This document shows positions 9,031-19,590 of a DNA stretch of 32,930 nt, piece by piece (within the stretch, counting starts at the first letter, position 1; each line of letters begins with the position of its first letter). The DNA is taken from positions 13,234,463-13,267,392 of the forward strand of contig NC_057750.1 of NCBI RefSeq assembly GCF_004010195.1, in the 5' to 3' direction. The notes beneath the pieces are model-generated. The model saw nothing but the letters and a program-made list of their open reading frames with translations, was not told the origin of the DNA and ran no database searches. The position numbers and the translations under genes were made by a program. The DNA is from Chiloscyllium plagiosum (taxonomy: Eukaryota).

Positions 9031-9034
9031 AACC

Positions 9035-9540
9035 CAGCTTTGGAGAGGGTGTAGAGAAGGTTTACCAGGATGTTGCCCAGTATGGGGGATTTTAGCGCTG
9101 AAGGAAGGTTGCAGAGAGCGGGTTTGTTTTCACTGGAACGCAGGACGTTGAGGGGGGCGACCTGATAGAAGTTTATAAGATTGCGAATGGTGTGGATAGA
9201 GTGGAAAGTATGAGGCTCTTCCCCAGGGTGGGAGGGGTCAGTTACCAGGAGTCCTGTGTTCAAGGTGTGGGGGTGGGGAGGAGGGGAAAAGAGATGGTGC
9301 GAGGTAGGGTTTTCACACAAAGGGTGGGGAGTGCCTGGAACGCACTGTCAGAGGAGGTGGTGGAATCAGACACACTAGCAGCATTCAAGAAGCACCTGGA
9401 TGAATACATGAATAGGAAGGGAATAGAGGGATATGGATCCTGTAAGTGAAGGCAGTTTTAGTATGGAAGGGCAAAATGTGTCAGCACAGGCTTGGAGGGC
9501 CGAAGGGCCTATTCTAGGCTGTATTGTTCTTTGTTGTTTG
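9035..9540 (+). mobile_element. CR1/HER1-type LINE 3' fragment
   Basis: Encodes LERV.RRFTRMLP and FTQRVGSAWNALSEEVVESDTLAAFKKHLDEYMNRKGIEGYG. Confidence 0.9.
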
Positions 9541-9743
9541 ATAGGTGGAGCAGGTACAAAGGGCTGAATGGCCTGCTCCCGCAGCTCTATTCTATATCTA
9601 TAGTCAAAGGCAGTCCCTTCACATTACCCCCTCCTCTGGATGTGAAGATTGTGCTGTGAAGGTTTCTGGGCGGTTTCCTCAGGGTTCATGGGCCAGTGGT
9701 ATTGTAAAACATTGGGAATACAGCCCTAACAGTCCGGGCTTGT

Positions 9744-9871
9744 TAGGAGAAAGTGAGGTCTGCAGATGCTGGGGATCAGAGCTGAAAAATGTGTTGCTGG
9801 AAAAGCGCAGCAGGTCAGGCAGCATCCAAGGAGCAGGAGAATCGACGTTTCGGGCATGAGCCCTTCTTCAG
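9744..9871 (-). mobile_element. Family A element with intact HHR-like core (9844-9871)
   Basis: Minus strand reads CTGAAGA-A-GGGC-TCAT-GCCC-GAAAC-GTC-GATTCTCCTGCTCC... Confidence 0.75.
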
Positions 9872-10089
9872 CAATTCGAGCTGGTTGTCAGCTTGAGCAA
9901 ACGGAGATATCTTTCAATTGTTGGAGAGTTGTCAAGTTCACAAATTAGGCCAAATATTAATTGGGCTCAAAAACACGAAGAGAAAATCCCAGCAATGAAA
10001 ACAGCCAATGATAAGCGTCTGCTGACAGTATACTTCAGTGTCCTGTGAGTTCAGCAAATAATTATAAAATAGATACAGTTCTACAGCAA

Positions 10090-10420
10090 AGGGTTAGCAC
10101 CTGCTGCTTCACGGCACCAGGGACCCAGGTTCGATTCCAGCCTCGGGTGACAGTCTGTGGGGAGTTTGCACATTCTCCTTGTGTCTGCGTGGGTTTCCTC
10201 TGGATGCTCCGGTTTCCTCCCACAGTCCAAAGATGTGCAGGTTAGGGTGGATTGGCCATGGGGAATTAACCCTCAAGTCCAGGGAGGTGTAGGTCAGGTG
10301 GATTGGCCATAGGAATTGCAGGGTTGCAGGGATACAGTCTGGGTGGGATGCTCTTTGGCTGTGTCCGGGTGGATACGATGGGTCAAATGGCCCACTTCTG
10401 CACCGCTGGGATTCTGCGAT
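10090..10420 (+). mobile_element. HE1-type SINE
   Basis: B box GGTTCGATTCC, core GGAGTTTGCACATTCTCC..GGTTTCCTCCCACAGTCCAAAGATGTGCAGG and a duplicated internal unit. Confidence 0.9.
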
Positions 10421-10469
10421 TATATTTCTTGGTCGGCCAGAGTTTGAACATTTCTTTTTGAACAAGCAC

Positions 10470-10736
10470 ATTTTATTTTATTTTATTGTTTTGTTTGAAG
10501 GGGAGGGAGCAGGGACTAAATCAAAATAGAGTTGGAGGGGGAAATGATGCACTCCTCTCCCTGCGGCGCCCACCTCTCCCTGAACAACTCCAGGGTGTTG
10601 GTGGGCACCGCGTGCTCCTTCTCCAAGGACACCCGGGCCCTAACGTAACCCCGGAAGAGGGGCAGGCAGTCGGCCCTAGCGACTCCCTCCACGGCCCGCT
10701 GCCTCGACCTGTTTACGGCCAGTTTGGCCAGGCCCG
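10470..10736 (-). mobile_element. Tx1-type (L1 clade) LINE 3' end
   Basis: Minus strand encodes GLAKLAVNRSRQRAVEGVARADCLPLFRGYVRARVSLEKEHAVPTNTLELFRERWAPQGEECIIS, resembling Tx1 ORF2 C-termini, followed by an A-rich (AAAAT)n tail. Confidence 0.75.
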
Positions 10737-10744
10737 TTTATTTT

Positions 10745-11070
10745 ATCTGTTTCATGGCAAGACCACCATTGGCCCCTCTCCCTATTTGCCTGTTACACTG
10801 AGCAGCTTGTGGAGCCATTACACAGGGGCAATCCCATGTTGCAGTGGGCCTGGAGTCACATGTAGGCCAGACTGCGTAAGGGTGGCAGATTCCCCTCTTT
10901 GATCGTGATCAGCTGGAGTTTCACGGTTATACTTACCCTTGTGTTTAACTCCAAACATTATTGTATTCAGAGTTTAACCATCTGCCCGACTGGGATTTGA
11001 ACCCCTAGCCCGCAGAATGAGGTTCAGAAATGATTGATCTAGTGACATTACCACTGTATCATTGCTTCCC
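10745..11070 (-). mobile_element. SINE family 2
   Basis: CTGGAGTCACATGTAGGCCAGAC..GTAAGGGTGGCAGATT is the reverse complement of the family body. B box (GGGATTTGAACCC on +) near 10992. Confidence 0.7.
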
Positions 11071-11419
11071 TAAAGGTGTGCATGGCAGGCTGTGATGGTG
11101 CCTATATGAAGTTTGCTTCAGATACATAATGGGTGGATTATTGCAATGAAAGGAACATTTCTCATTAAAACCATATTTGAGTAATTATTAGTTAATAACG
11201 TGGTAATAGTTGGACTGTTAATACCCTTGGGGACTGTTTGTTTGGACACTTTACATAAATAATTTGAACAGCAGAGATAATTATCATATTAATCAATGTG
11301 ATTAAATGTGCTGTGATCCCAATTCCCTGGTTCTGCACATTGTTTTGGGGGGTGTGGTAGATGGGTGTTGGATCTCACTGTTGACTGTGTTACGTTTAAA
11401 TGTTGGAAAAGACACGGAG

Positions 11420-11530
11420 AGATTGTACATTTATGTAGCGCCTCTGAATGGCCTCCAGGCTCCCCGAACCTTTGGAGGGTCGGCACTTTTGAAAACGGGC
11501 AACCGATTTGCTCACAGTAAGCTCCAGATT
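11420..11530 (-). mobile_element. DeuSINE-like (SacSINE1/AmnSINE1-related) 3' remnant
   Basis: Minus strand GGAGCTTACTGTGAGCAAATCGGTTGCC...AGGCGCTACATAAATGTACAA resembles the Deu domain and tail. Related to 18125-18256. Confidence 0.5.
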
Positions 11531-11632
11531 AAGGAAGATGGATCATTGTCAATTGGTCTGGGTGACTGTAAGTCTTTTGTGGACCACGTAGTGAAGGGAA
11601 GATATATTGGCTTTGTAGGGAGTCCGGAGAAG

Positions 11633-12436
11633 TGTCATAGAGCGGTAGAGTTGTACAGCAAGGGAAACAAACCCTTCGGTCCAACCCGTCCATGCCGACC
11701 AGATATCACAACCCAACCTAGTCCCACCTGCCAGCACACGGCCCATATCCCTCCAAACCCTTCCTATTCATATACCCATCCAGATGTCTTTTAAATGTTG
11801 GAATTGTACCAGTCTCCATCACATCCTCTGGCAGCTCATTCCATTCATGTACCACCATCTGTGTGAAAAAGTTGCCCATTTGGTCTCTTTTATATCTATT
11901 CCCTCTCTCCCTAAACCTATGCCCTCGAGTTCTAGACTCCCCCGCCCCAGGGAAAAGACTTTGACTAATCCTCCTATCCATGCCCCTCATGATTTTATAA
12001 ACCTCTATAAGGTCACCCCTCACCCTCCGACGCTCCAGAGAAAACAGCCCCAGCCTGTTCAGCCTCTCCCTATAGCGTAAATCCTCCAAGCCTGTCAACA
12101 TCCTTGTAAATCTTTTCTGAACCCTTTCAAGTTTCACAACATCTTTCCGATAGAAAGGATAAGATTTGCTTTCCCAAAATTCAGCACCTCACATTTATTT
12201 GAATTAAACTCCATCTGCTACTTCTCAGCCCATTGGCCTATCTGGTAAAGATCCTGTTGTAATGTGAGGTAACCCTCTTCACTGTCCACTACACCTTCAA
12301 TTTTGGTGTCATCTGCAAACTTACTAACTGTACCTCTTTTGCTCGCATAAAAATCATTTATGTAAATGACAAAAAGTAGAGGGCCCAGCACCGATCCTTG
12401 TGGCACTCCACTGGTCACAGGCCTCCAGTCTGAAAA
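11633..12436 (-). mobile_element. CR1/HER1-type LINE, internally deleted (RT piece plus ORF2 C-terminus)
   Basis: ORF 12218-12463 contains [29 protein letters not shown] 11718-12137 encodes KLERVQKRFTRML...NFFTQMVVHEWNELP... Confidence 0.92.
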
Positions 12437-12481
12437 ACTCGCTTGATTCTGTGCTGTGGACATTGAGTAGGTTGGGGTTTA

Positions 12482-12560
12482 GATTAGAGAGGTGCTGGAA
12501 AAGCACAGCTGTTCAGGCAGCATCCAAGGAGCAGTAAAATCGACGTTTCGGGCAAAAGGC
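12482..12560 (-). mobile_element. Family A element, truncated within the HHR
   Basis: GGTGCTGGAAAAGCACAGC..CAGGCAGCATCCAAGGAGCAG.AAAATCGACGTTTCGGGCAAAAG. Confidence 0.7.
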
Positions 12561-12561
12561 C

Positions 12562-13325
12562 TAGGTTGGGCCTGGACTCATTTGAGTTTAAAGGAAAGGA
12601 AGGTTAAGATTTATTTCACTCGAGTGTAGAGTGTGAAGAGGTGACCTTATAGAGATTTATAAGGGGTATCGATAGGGTGAACGGCAGGTTTCTTTTTCCT
12701 ACAGTGGGGATTTCAAGACTCGAGGGTATGTTTTTAAGGGGAGGCCATGGCCCAGTAGTATTATTGCTCGACTATTAATCCAAAGACACAGGTTATGCTC
12801 TGCGGACCTGGGTTCGAAACCCACCACAGCAGTTGGTGTATTCTGAACTCAGTAAAATCTGGAAGTCTAATGATGACCATGAATTATTTGTCGATTGTCG
12901 AATAAACCTATCTGGATCACTAATGCCCTTGAGGGAAAGAAACTGTCATCCTTACCCAGTCTGGTCTACACGTGACTCCAGACCCACAGCAATGTCTTAA
13001 CTGCCCTCTGGGCACTAAATGCTGGGCCTACTCAGCGACACTCTCATCCTGCGCATGAATTAAAACACAATTTCAGGTGAGGGGAGTCAGATTTAAAAAA
13101 AGATGGAAGGGGCATTGTATTGGTCGGTTCTCATGTGGAATGAATGTGCAGAGGAAGTGGTGGCTGTGGGTAGAGTTAGAACATTTAACGGACACTTAGA
13201 TAAGGACATGACTAGGAAAGGTTTGGAGGGATATGGGTCAGGAACAGGCAGAGTGGACTAGTTTAGTTTGGGATTATGTTCGGCACGGACTGGTTGGACT
13301 GAACGGTCTGTTTCTGTGCTGTTTA
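12562..13325 (+). mobile_element. CR1-type LINE 3' fragment split by a SINE
   Basis: GAGGTGACCTTATAGAGATTTATAA before 12740, continuing as GGTGAGGGGAG..GATTTAAAA..GGAAAGGTTTGGAGGGATATGGG after 13070. Confidence 0.75.
12745..13064 (+). mobile_element. SINE family 2, near full length
   Basis: A-box-like TGGCCCAGTAG, B box GGTTCGAAACCC, conserved body and GAATTAAAA tail. Confidence 0.8.
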
Positions 13326-13729
13326 ACACCATAAGGACAAGCGGTGACCTTATTGAAACACAAAATCCTCATCAGAGGAGGTCTGGGGAGGTTGTTTCTC
13401 CTCATGGGCGAGTCCAGGGCCCTCAGTTGCCCAGTTATGAGGAGGAATTTCTTCTGAGTCGGTGGAATCCTTTGCCGCAGAGACCGGTTCGGTATTTTCG
13501 AGGCCGAGAGAGGTTTATTTAAACTGTAAGTCATGGGAGGGTTAGAAGGAAGCCAGGCAGAAACAGCAGAGATTCAAGAAGAGAGCTCACCACCACCACT
13601 TTCATGAGGAGAGTGGGCAATGAATATAGGCCCAGCCAGCGACCCTAGCGTTCCGTGTAAAACAGGACGAAGTGTCAGTTCTTCCACTGTCGGGGTGTAT
13701 GTGAGGGAGAGCTGTCCCACACAGCTCTT

Positions 13730-13879
13730 CAGGGGAGTGAGTGGCTGTCACAGAGTAGCACTCTCCCAGACCGTCTCTGCCCTTGGCCTCTCTGTACAGA
13801 GTACCTCATCACAAGCCGCTCTGTCTTAGGACCCACAGCCCTCAGCTAAGATCAGATAGGTTTACACTCAGTGCTTCAG
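13730..13879. repeat. Unclassified duplicated sequence, copy B
   Basis: Direct-orientation homolog of 8876-9030. Confidence 0.85.
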
Positions 13880-14364
13880 GCACTTATGGAAATAGGATTC
13901 TGCTCAGAAACAGATCAATCTGCCGCAGAAACCCATGAACGTTAACGCCGCCTAATCCTTCAGGTTTCCCTCCTGTAATCTCCGCCTCGTTTGATCCATC
14001 GCGGTGAGGAGGAGATGTTAACGGGTTTCGAAGTGGTGAGGCAGGGAAGATAAAGCAGCAGCTCGATTCCCTTCGGAGCAGTTCGGGTGTGCGTCAGAGC
14101 CCAGGAAACGTTCCCTGTGGTTCTCTGATCCGTTTCCCGGCTGGTGGAGTGCCAGTGGGTCTTGGCTCTCGGCTTGCTGGGTAGGTCTCACTGTAAACAG
14201 CACATCGCATTGCTGGGCTGACCACTGTCAGTGTTCACAGCTCACAGAGACAGCAAGGTGTCACCCCAGTCTGCCTGTCCCGAACATTAACACAGGCTCC
14301 TTATAGGCTCACACATCACACCCGGACTTCTCAACTCATATCCCTATCCCCCTCTCCAGGCAAC

Positions 14365-15170
14365 ACTGTACTCCCAAGCTGTACCGGCCAGCACTGTTTC
14401 CGTCTGTACCCCTCACCTGGACTGGATGGCACCGTGCCCGCCTGTATCTCTCACCTGGACCAGATGACACTGTGTCTGTCTGTAACCTCACCTGGACTGG
14501 ATGGCACCGTGTCGGCCTGTATTCCTCACCTGGACTGGATGGCACTGTGTCTGTCTGTAACCTCACCTGGACTACTGGATGGCACTGTGTCTGTCTGTAA
14601 CCTCACCTGGACTGTTTGGCACTGTGTTTGCCTGTGCCCTCACCTGGACTGGTTGGCACTGTGTTTGCCTGTAATCTTCCCCTGTACTCGTCAGCATTTT
14701 CTCTGCCTGTACTCCTCACCTGTATGGGTCAGTGTCATGTCTGCCTGTAACCCTCACCTGTACCGATCAGTCCTCTGTACGCCTGTAAAAGTCAGCAGTT
14801 TGTGCATTTGTAGCCATCGCCGTGTAATCTTACAGCGTTCATAATTACACGGTCAGTACTGTGTACATCCCTACACCTCCCACCTGTGCCAGTCACTATG
14901 GGGTGTGCCTGTGCCAGGCAGCACTGTGTACACCTGTACCTCTTACCTGCAATGGGCATCAGCCCAGAGTATCCCTGTACCAGGGAACGCTCTGTGTGTG
15001 TGTGTGCCAACTACCCACCTGTGCCCCTCGACTGTGTTAGTGAGCACTCTGTGTACCTGTCCGTCTCCCCTGTACGTGTGTGTGGCTGTACCCATCAACC
15101 ACGTACTGGTCGGCACCATCTACACCTGTACCCCTCATGTACAGGTATACCTGGAGTTGAACCTCACACA
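14365..15170. repeat. Minisatellite, ~37-38 bp unit, decaying rightwards
   Basis: CTCACCTGGACTGGATGGCACTGTGTCTGTCTGTAAC recurs at 14413, 14450, 14487, 14525, 14562, 14602 and 14639, followed by diverged units. Confidence 0.9.
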
Positions 15171-15204
15171 GTCAGACTAAGATGGCGCCACTGCGAAATC
15201 TTGA

Positions 15205-15340
15205 TTGTCAAGTGGGGTCAAGGGTTATGGGGAGAAAGCGGGAGAATGGGGTTGAGAAACTCATCAGCCATGATTGAATGGCAGAGCAGACTCGATGGGC
15301 TGAATGGCCTAACCTCTGCTCCCACGGTCTTATGGTCACT
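15205..15340 (+). mobile_element. CR1-type LINE 3' UTR
   Basis: GGGGTCAAGGGTTATGGGGAGAAAGCGGGAGAATGG..TCAGCCATGATTGAATGGC.GAGCAGACTCGATGGGCTGAATGGCCT. Confidence 0.8.
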
Positions 15341-15739
15341 CTGGATTCAACAAGGGGCTGGCGGTGTGGCGTGAAGCAGCAATGGTGACAAGATACCGCG
15401 TAGTAATGCTCGGGTGATTGGGTAGTGAGGGAATGACGTGAGGGAGGAGATCCTCAGGGAGGGAGCTGTGGGTATTCTGTCCCTCGTGAGGTTTTATCCT
15501 CCCTCCTGTTAGCGTTACAACTGAAGGTCAGTGGCAGTTTTGTGATGTTGAGGCAATGAAAGGTTTTAGGCCTCGTCATTGAGTGAGGCAGGAAACAAGG
15601 CCCCAGAAGGATGAGGGTTTTCTTTTCTCTCTTTTTTTCCTCTTTTTTTAACAAACAAACAATCAATAAACAATAAAGGAGAAACAAAGAACTTCAAAAT
15701 AAACTCCTCCTTAATGCGAGCAAAAATCAGTCTCCTCTA

Positions 15740-15858
15740 CAGAGGAAACCCACGCAGACACGGGGAGAACGTGCAAACTCCACACAGACAGTCGCCTGAG
15801 GCTGGAATTGAACCTGGGTCTCTGGCGCTGTGAGGCAGCAGTGCTAACCACTGAGCCG
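15740..15858 (-). mobile_element. HE1-type SINE, 5' part
   Basis: Minus strand CGGCTCAGTGGTTAGCACTGCTGCCTCACAGCGCCAGAGACCCAGGTTCAATTCC. Confidence 0.85.
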
Positions 15859-16109
15859 CTGACCAATGGCCAATCGTTGTTTTATGGCAGACCTCCAGGC
15901 TCCAAGGTGGGACTTGAACCGAGACCTTCGGTCTCTGAGGTAGTGACAATACTCATTGCACCAGGAGAACTCCATTGGCAGAGCATGCCAGTCCCTACAG
16001 TCAGTGCCAGTGTATTGTTCATATACACAAGGGATGCCTTACCCTAATGCTACATTGGTTGCATTTATATCCTTGCCCAGAGAAGTTGGGTGCACTGCAA
16101 CTTGCTTTT

Positions 16110-16606
16110 ATTCTCTCACAGGATTGGGGTCTGGTTGGCTAGTCCAGCTTTTATCACCCGTCCCTAATTGCCCCTTGAGAAGGTGGGGGGTGAGCTGCCT
16201 TCTTGAACTGCTGCAGTCCGTGTGCTATGGGTTGACCCGCAATGTCCCTAGGGTGGGAATCCCAGGATTTTGACTTAGTGAAGGAACAGTGATATATTTC
16301 CAAGGAGAGGAACTTGCAAAGGGGGTGGTGTTCCCATGTATCTGCTGCTCTTGTCCTTATAGATGGTAGCGGTCGTGGATTTTGGAAGGTCCAGTCTGAG
16401 GATGTTGGGCACATTGCTGCAGTGCATCTTGTAGACGGTACACCCTGCTGCTACTGAGCGTCGGTGGGGGAGGGAGGGGATGTTTGTGGGTGTGGTGCCA
16501 ATCAAGCTTTGTCCTGGATGGTGTCAAGCTCCTTGAGTGTTGTTGGAGCTGCCCCCATCCAGGGGCAAGTGGGGAGTATTCCCTCACACTCCTGACTCGT
16601 GCCTCA
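16110..16606 (-). mobile_element. CR1-group LINE 3' end (second LINE family; tail shared with SINE family 2)
   Basis: Minus strand encodes VRSVREYSPLA..APTTLKELDTIQDKA..LPHRRSVAAGCTVYKMHCSN and ends CTCAAGGGGCAATTAGGGACGGG. Confidence 0.85.
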
Positions 16607-17404
16607 TCGAGGTTGCTAACCCCAATTTTCTTTGGACTGGCCAACCCACCATTGCACGTGATCGATGGGGGCTAAGGGATTCTTTTTCTGCATTGCAGAG
16701 AGGAAATTGAACCAAGCTCAGTCAAGATCCAAATTCACCCCTAAATCTTCAAGGCTCCAGTGCATACAGGCCCGACCTCAGAATTTGACCCCTTTTAGCT
16801 CTGTTATCGTTCCGCTGAACCTACGATACCTTCTCTCTAAGGCTGACAGAGTAGTCAGTGCATGGAATTGGAGGGGGTGGGGGACGGAGACACTGCTGTT
16901 AGCCCCCGGTTTGAACCCACTGCCTGGCGAGTCGTTCAACAAGCGAGAGAGATGCCAAGAAACTGCCAGTGACTCCCCACATCTCGTCCTCCAGGAAGTT
17001 AATTTTTGTCTGTCTCATCGGGAATTTGCTGCGGTCTTGCAGCACTCAAAATAAAAGCATTAAATTCTGAAGACAATTTCTGAAACAATACATTGCTCGT
17101 CAATCTCTGCGGTTTGTAATGTTGTTTAGGTTAGGTTGGAGGGAATTTACCTTTAAAGCTGACACAAAGTGGCTGCTGCCCCAGCGTTCTCCTCAGTGAG
17201 TCTCCCTGAAGAGGAGAATTGGATGTTTTCCCCTGTGAGTTTGGCACTCGCAGCTTCTCACCCAGGAATAGAACTCTTTCCTCACACCTAACACTTAAGA
17301 CATCCTGTGATGGGCTAATTCTGTCTCTCTCCACCATTCATCCCCTTCCCGCCCCCTCTCCTCCTTTCAGTCAGGGGCATCAGGGATAAACACAGGATGT
17401 CAAT

Positions 17405-17405
17405 C

Positions 17406-17436
<31 letters not shown>
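17405..17436. repeat. (AG)n microsatellite
   Basis: Seen directly in the sequence. Confidence 0.95.
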
Positions 17437-17452
17437 ATTGCTGTCTGCAGGT

Positions 17453-17670
17453 ATAGAACATAGAACAGGACAGCACAGAACAGGCCCTTCAGCCCACGAT
17501 GTTGTGCCGACCACTGATCCTCATGTACGCACCCTCAAATTTCTGTGACCATATGCATGTCCAGCAGTCTCTTAAATGTCCCCAATGACCTTGCTTCCAC
17601 AACTGCTGCTGGCAACGCATTCCATGCTCTCACAACTCTCTGTGTAAAGAACCCGCCTTTGACATCCCCT
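17453..17670 (-). mobile_element. CR1/HER1-type LINE 3' fragment
   Basis: ATAGAACATAGAACA..CAGGCCCTTCAGCCCACGATGTTGTGCCGA, similar to 5591-5845. Confidence 0.85.
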
Positions 17671-18124
17671 CATAATGTTTATTTAAAGCATTTCTTTTTG
17701 ACTATCCTCAGTCAGTGTTTTACCTGAAGGCTTTTGGACAAGTTTCAAATCCACACATTTACCCGTTCCATGGAACATCATCCTGGCATCGCGGAGCAGT
17801 TCCGAGGAGCCCTACCCCTTTCAAAGGTAGTGTCACCAAACTATCTGGACCAGAGTATCTCCAAGTGTGGCTAATGGGACTAGTTTAGCTTGGGAAACCT
17901 GGTCGGCATGGACGAGTTGGGCCGAAGGGCCTGTTTCCATGCTGTCTGCCTCTCTGACTGGACCCCGGGTGGGGCTCATGAAACCGTAAGCCGGAATGGT
18001 CGCCCATCCCTTTCCCTCCCCCCCCCCCCCCAGCCTGGTCATCTCTCCCTGACAATTTTGAAGCCTCAGAATGGGACCACGGTGGGGATAAAAAAATTCA
18101 GGAGGAACCGACCTGGAGAGTTTG

Positions 18125-18256
18125 TCACGTTGCTGGCTGTGGGATCTTGCTGTGCATTTTCGACGGCACACTGAGGGATACTTGATTGGCTGTGCAATGA
18201 CACTATGGCACCCCGAAGTTGTGAAAGGCACTATATCAATGAAGTTCTTTTCCTTT
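18125..18256 (+). mobile_element. DeuSINE-like 3' remnant
   Basis: TTGCTG.CTGTGGGATCTTGCTGTGC..TACTT.ATTGGCTGT..GTTGTGAAAGGCACTATAT.AATG.AGTTCTTTT resembles the Deu domain and tail. Confidence 0.6.
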
Positions 18257-18729
18257 CCCGTGATTACAGATCCGTTAACATTCCGGTAGTTAATTTAAAA
18301 TTCCAGACACTGACTGGAAGACACACACTGAGATGATAAGACATTTCCTGCATAAACACACTAGCAACACCATGATCTGGACAGGAAACAACTTGCTATT
18401 AGGTGCCAAAGGATCTCTCTAACGTTAACAATCCCCTTCCGTGATTACACATTGTCCTGTTGCTTAAGAGGCTGTTTTATCTTCCACCAACCAGCTCCTC
18501 ACAACTCACTTGCTTTTTCTCCCACTTTTCCAGCTGGTAACTCCTAATCCCCAAACTAACCTTCACAATAAAGCTTCACCCAAGCTGGGCAAATCTTCCA
18601 GTCTCTTATATAGGAGCAGAATAAGGCCATTCGGTCCATCTGCTCTGCCATTTGATCGTGGCTGGTATGTTTCTCAACCCCATTGTCCCTGTAACCTGCG
18701 ATCCCCTTACTCATCTAGAATCTATCTAT

Positions 18730-18828
18730 TTTTTATTCCTGATGAAGGGCTTTTGCCCGAAACATCGATTTTGCTGCTCGTCGGATGCTGCCTGAATTGC
18801 TGTGCTCTTCCAGCACCACTGATCCAGA
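18730..18828 (+). mobile_element. Family A element with HHR-like core and 13-bp TSD, inside a CR1 3' fragment (~18610-18910, minus)
   Basis: AGAATCTATCTAT at 18717-18729 and 18829-18841. Core CTGATGA-A-GGGC-TTTT-GCCC-GAAAC-ATC at 18739-18766. Confidence 0.85.
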
Positions 18829-18968
18829 AGAATCTATCTATCTCTGTCGTAAAAGTAGTCAGCGATGAGTTCCACAGAGTCACCAGCTTCTGGCTGAAGA
18901 GATTCCTCCAAACAAAGAAGGGCCTGTTCTTATGTTGCAATTTTCTTTGTTCTTTTAGGTGACAGGTT

Positions 18969-19274
18969 GAGATTAGATTCCCTACGGTGTGGAAACAGGC
19001 CCTTCGGCCCAACAAGTCCACACCGACCCTCCGAAGAGTAACCCACCCAGACCCATTCCCCTCTGAGTAATACATCTAACACCATGCGCAATTTAGCGTG
19101 GCCAATTCACCTGACCTGCACATCCTTGGGCTGTGGGAGGAAACCGGAGCAAACCCACACAGACACGGGGAGAGCGTGCAAACTCCACCCAGACAGTTAA
19201 CCGAGGGCAGCATCGAACCCGGGTCCCTGGTGCTGTGAGGCAGCAGTGCTAACCACCGAGCCACCGTGCCACCC
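18969..19274 (-). mobile_element. HE1-type SINE, full length
   Basis: Head GGTGGCACGGTGGCTCGGTGGTTAGCACTGCTGCCTCAC, core and (AATCT)n tail. Confidence 0.92.
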
Positions 19275-19590
19275 TTGATTAGAGAGAGGATCTGGATCGG
19301 TGCAGGCTTGGAGGGCCGAAGGGCCTGTTCCTGTGCTGTAATGCTCTTTGAAGAAGAAACATACTAAGGGTAAGGGGATGAGGCAACCGTGACTGACAAG
19401 GGAAGTCGGGGACGGCAAAAAAAACCCAAAAAAGCATACAATCTGGCGAAGATTAATGGGAGGCCTTTAAAAACCAGCGGAGGATAATTAACAAAAGGAA
19501 CGGGGTGGGGAGGGAGAAGATGAAACATGAGGGTAAACTATTTTGTAATACAATACAATATAAAAGAAGATTGCAAGATAGATGAAAGGT

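Noticed and set aside
10486..10902. 138-aa plus-strand ORF
   Set aside because: It is the antisense of the Tx1 ORF2 end plus SINE sequence.
13729..13812. C/D box snoRNA call on the minus strand
   Set aside because: The terminal stem is poor, the D box is not kept in copy A, and I recognise no rRNA complement. Retained only as an alternative in the duplication finding.
14336..15374. Cys/Pro-rich ORFs
   Set aside because: These are translations of the 37-bp minisatellite, whose unit length is not a multiple of three.
16665..17054. 129-aa plus-strand ORF behind a good acceptor near 16697
   Set aside because: No clear donor and no recognisable homology.
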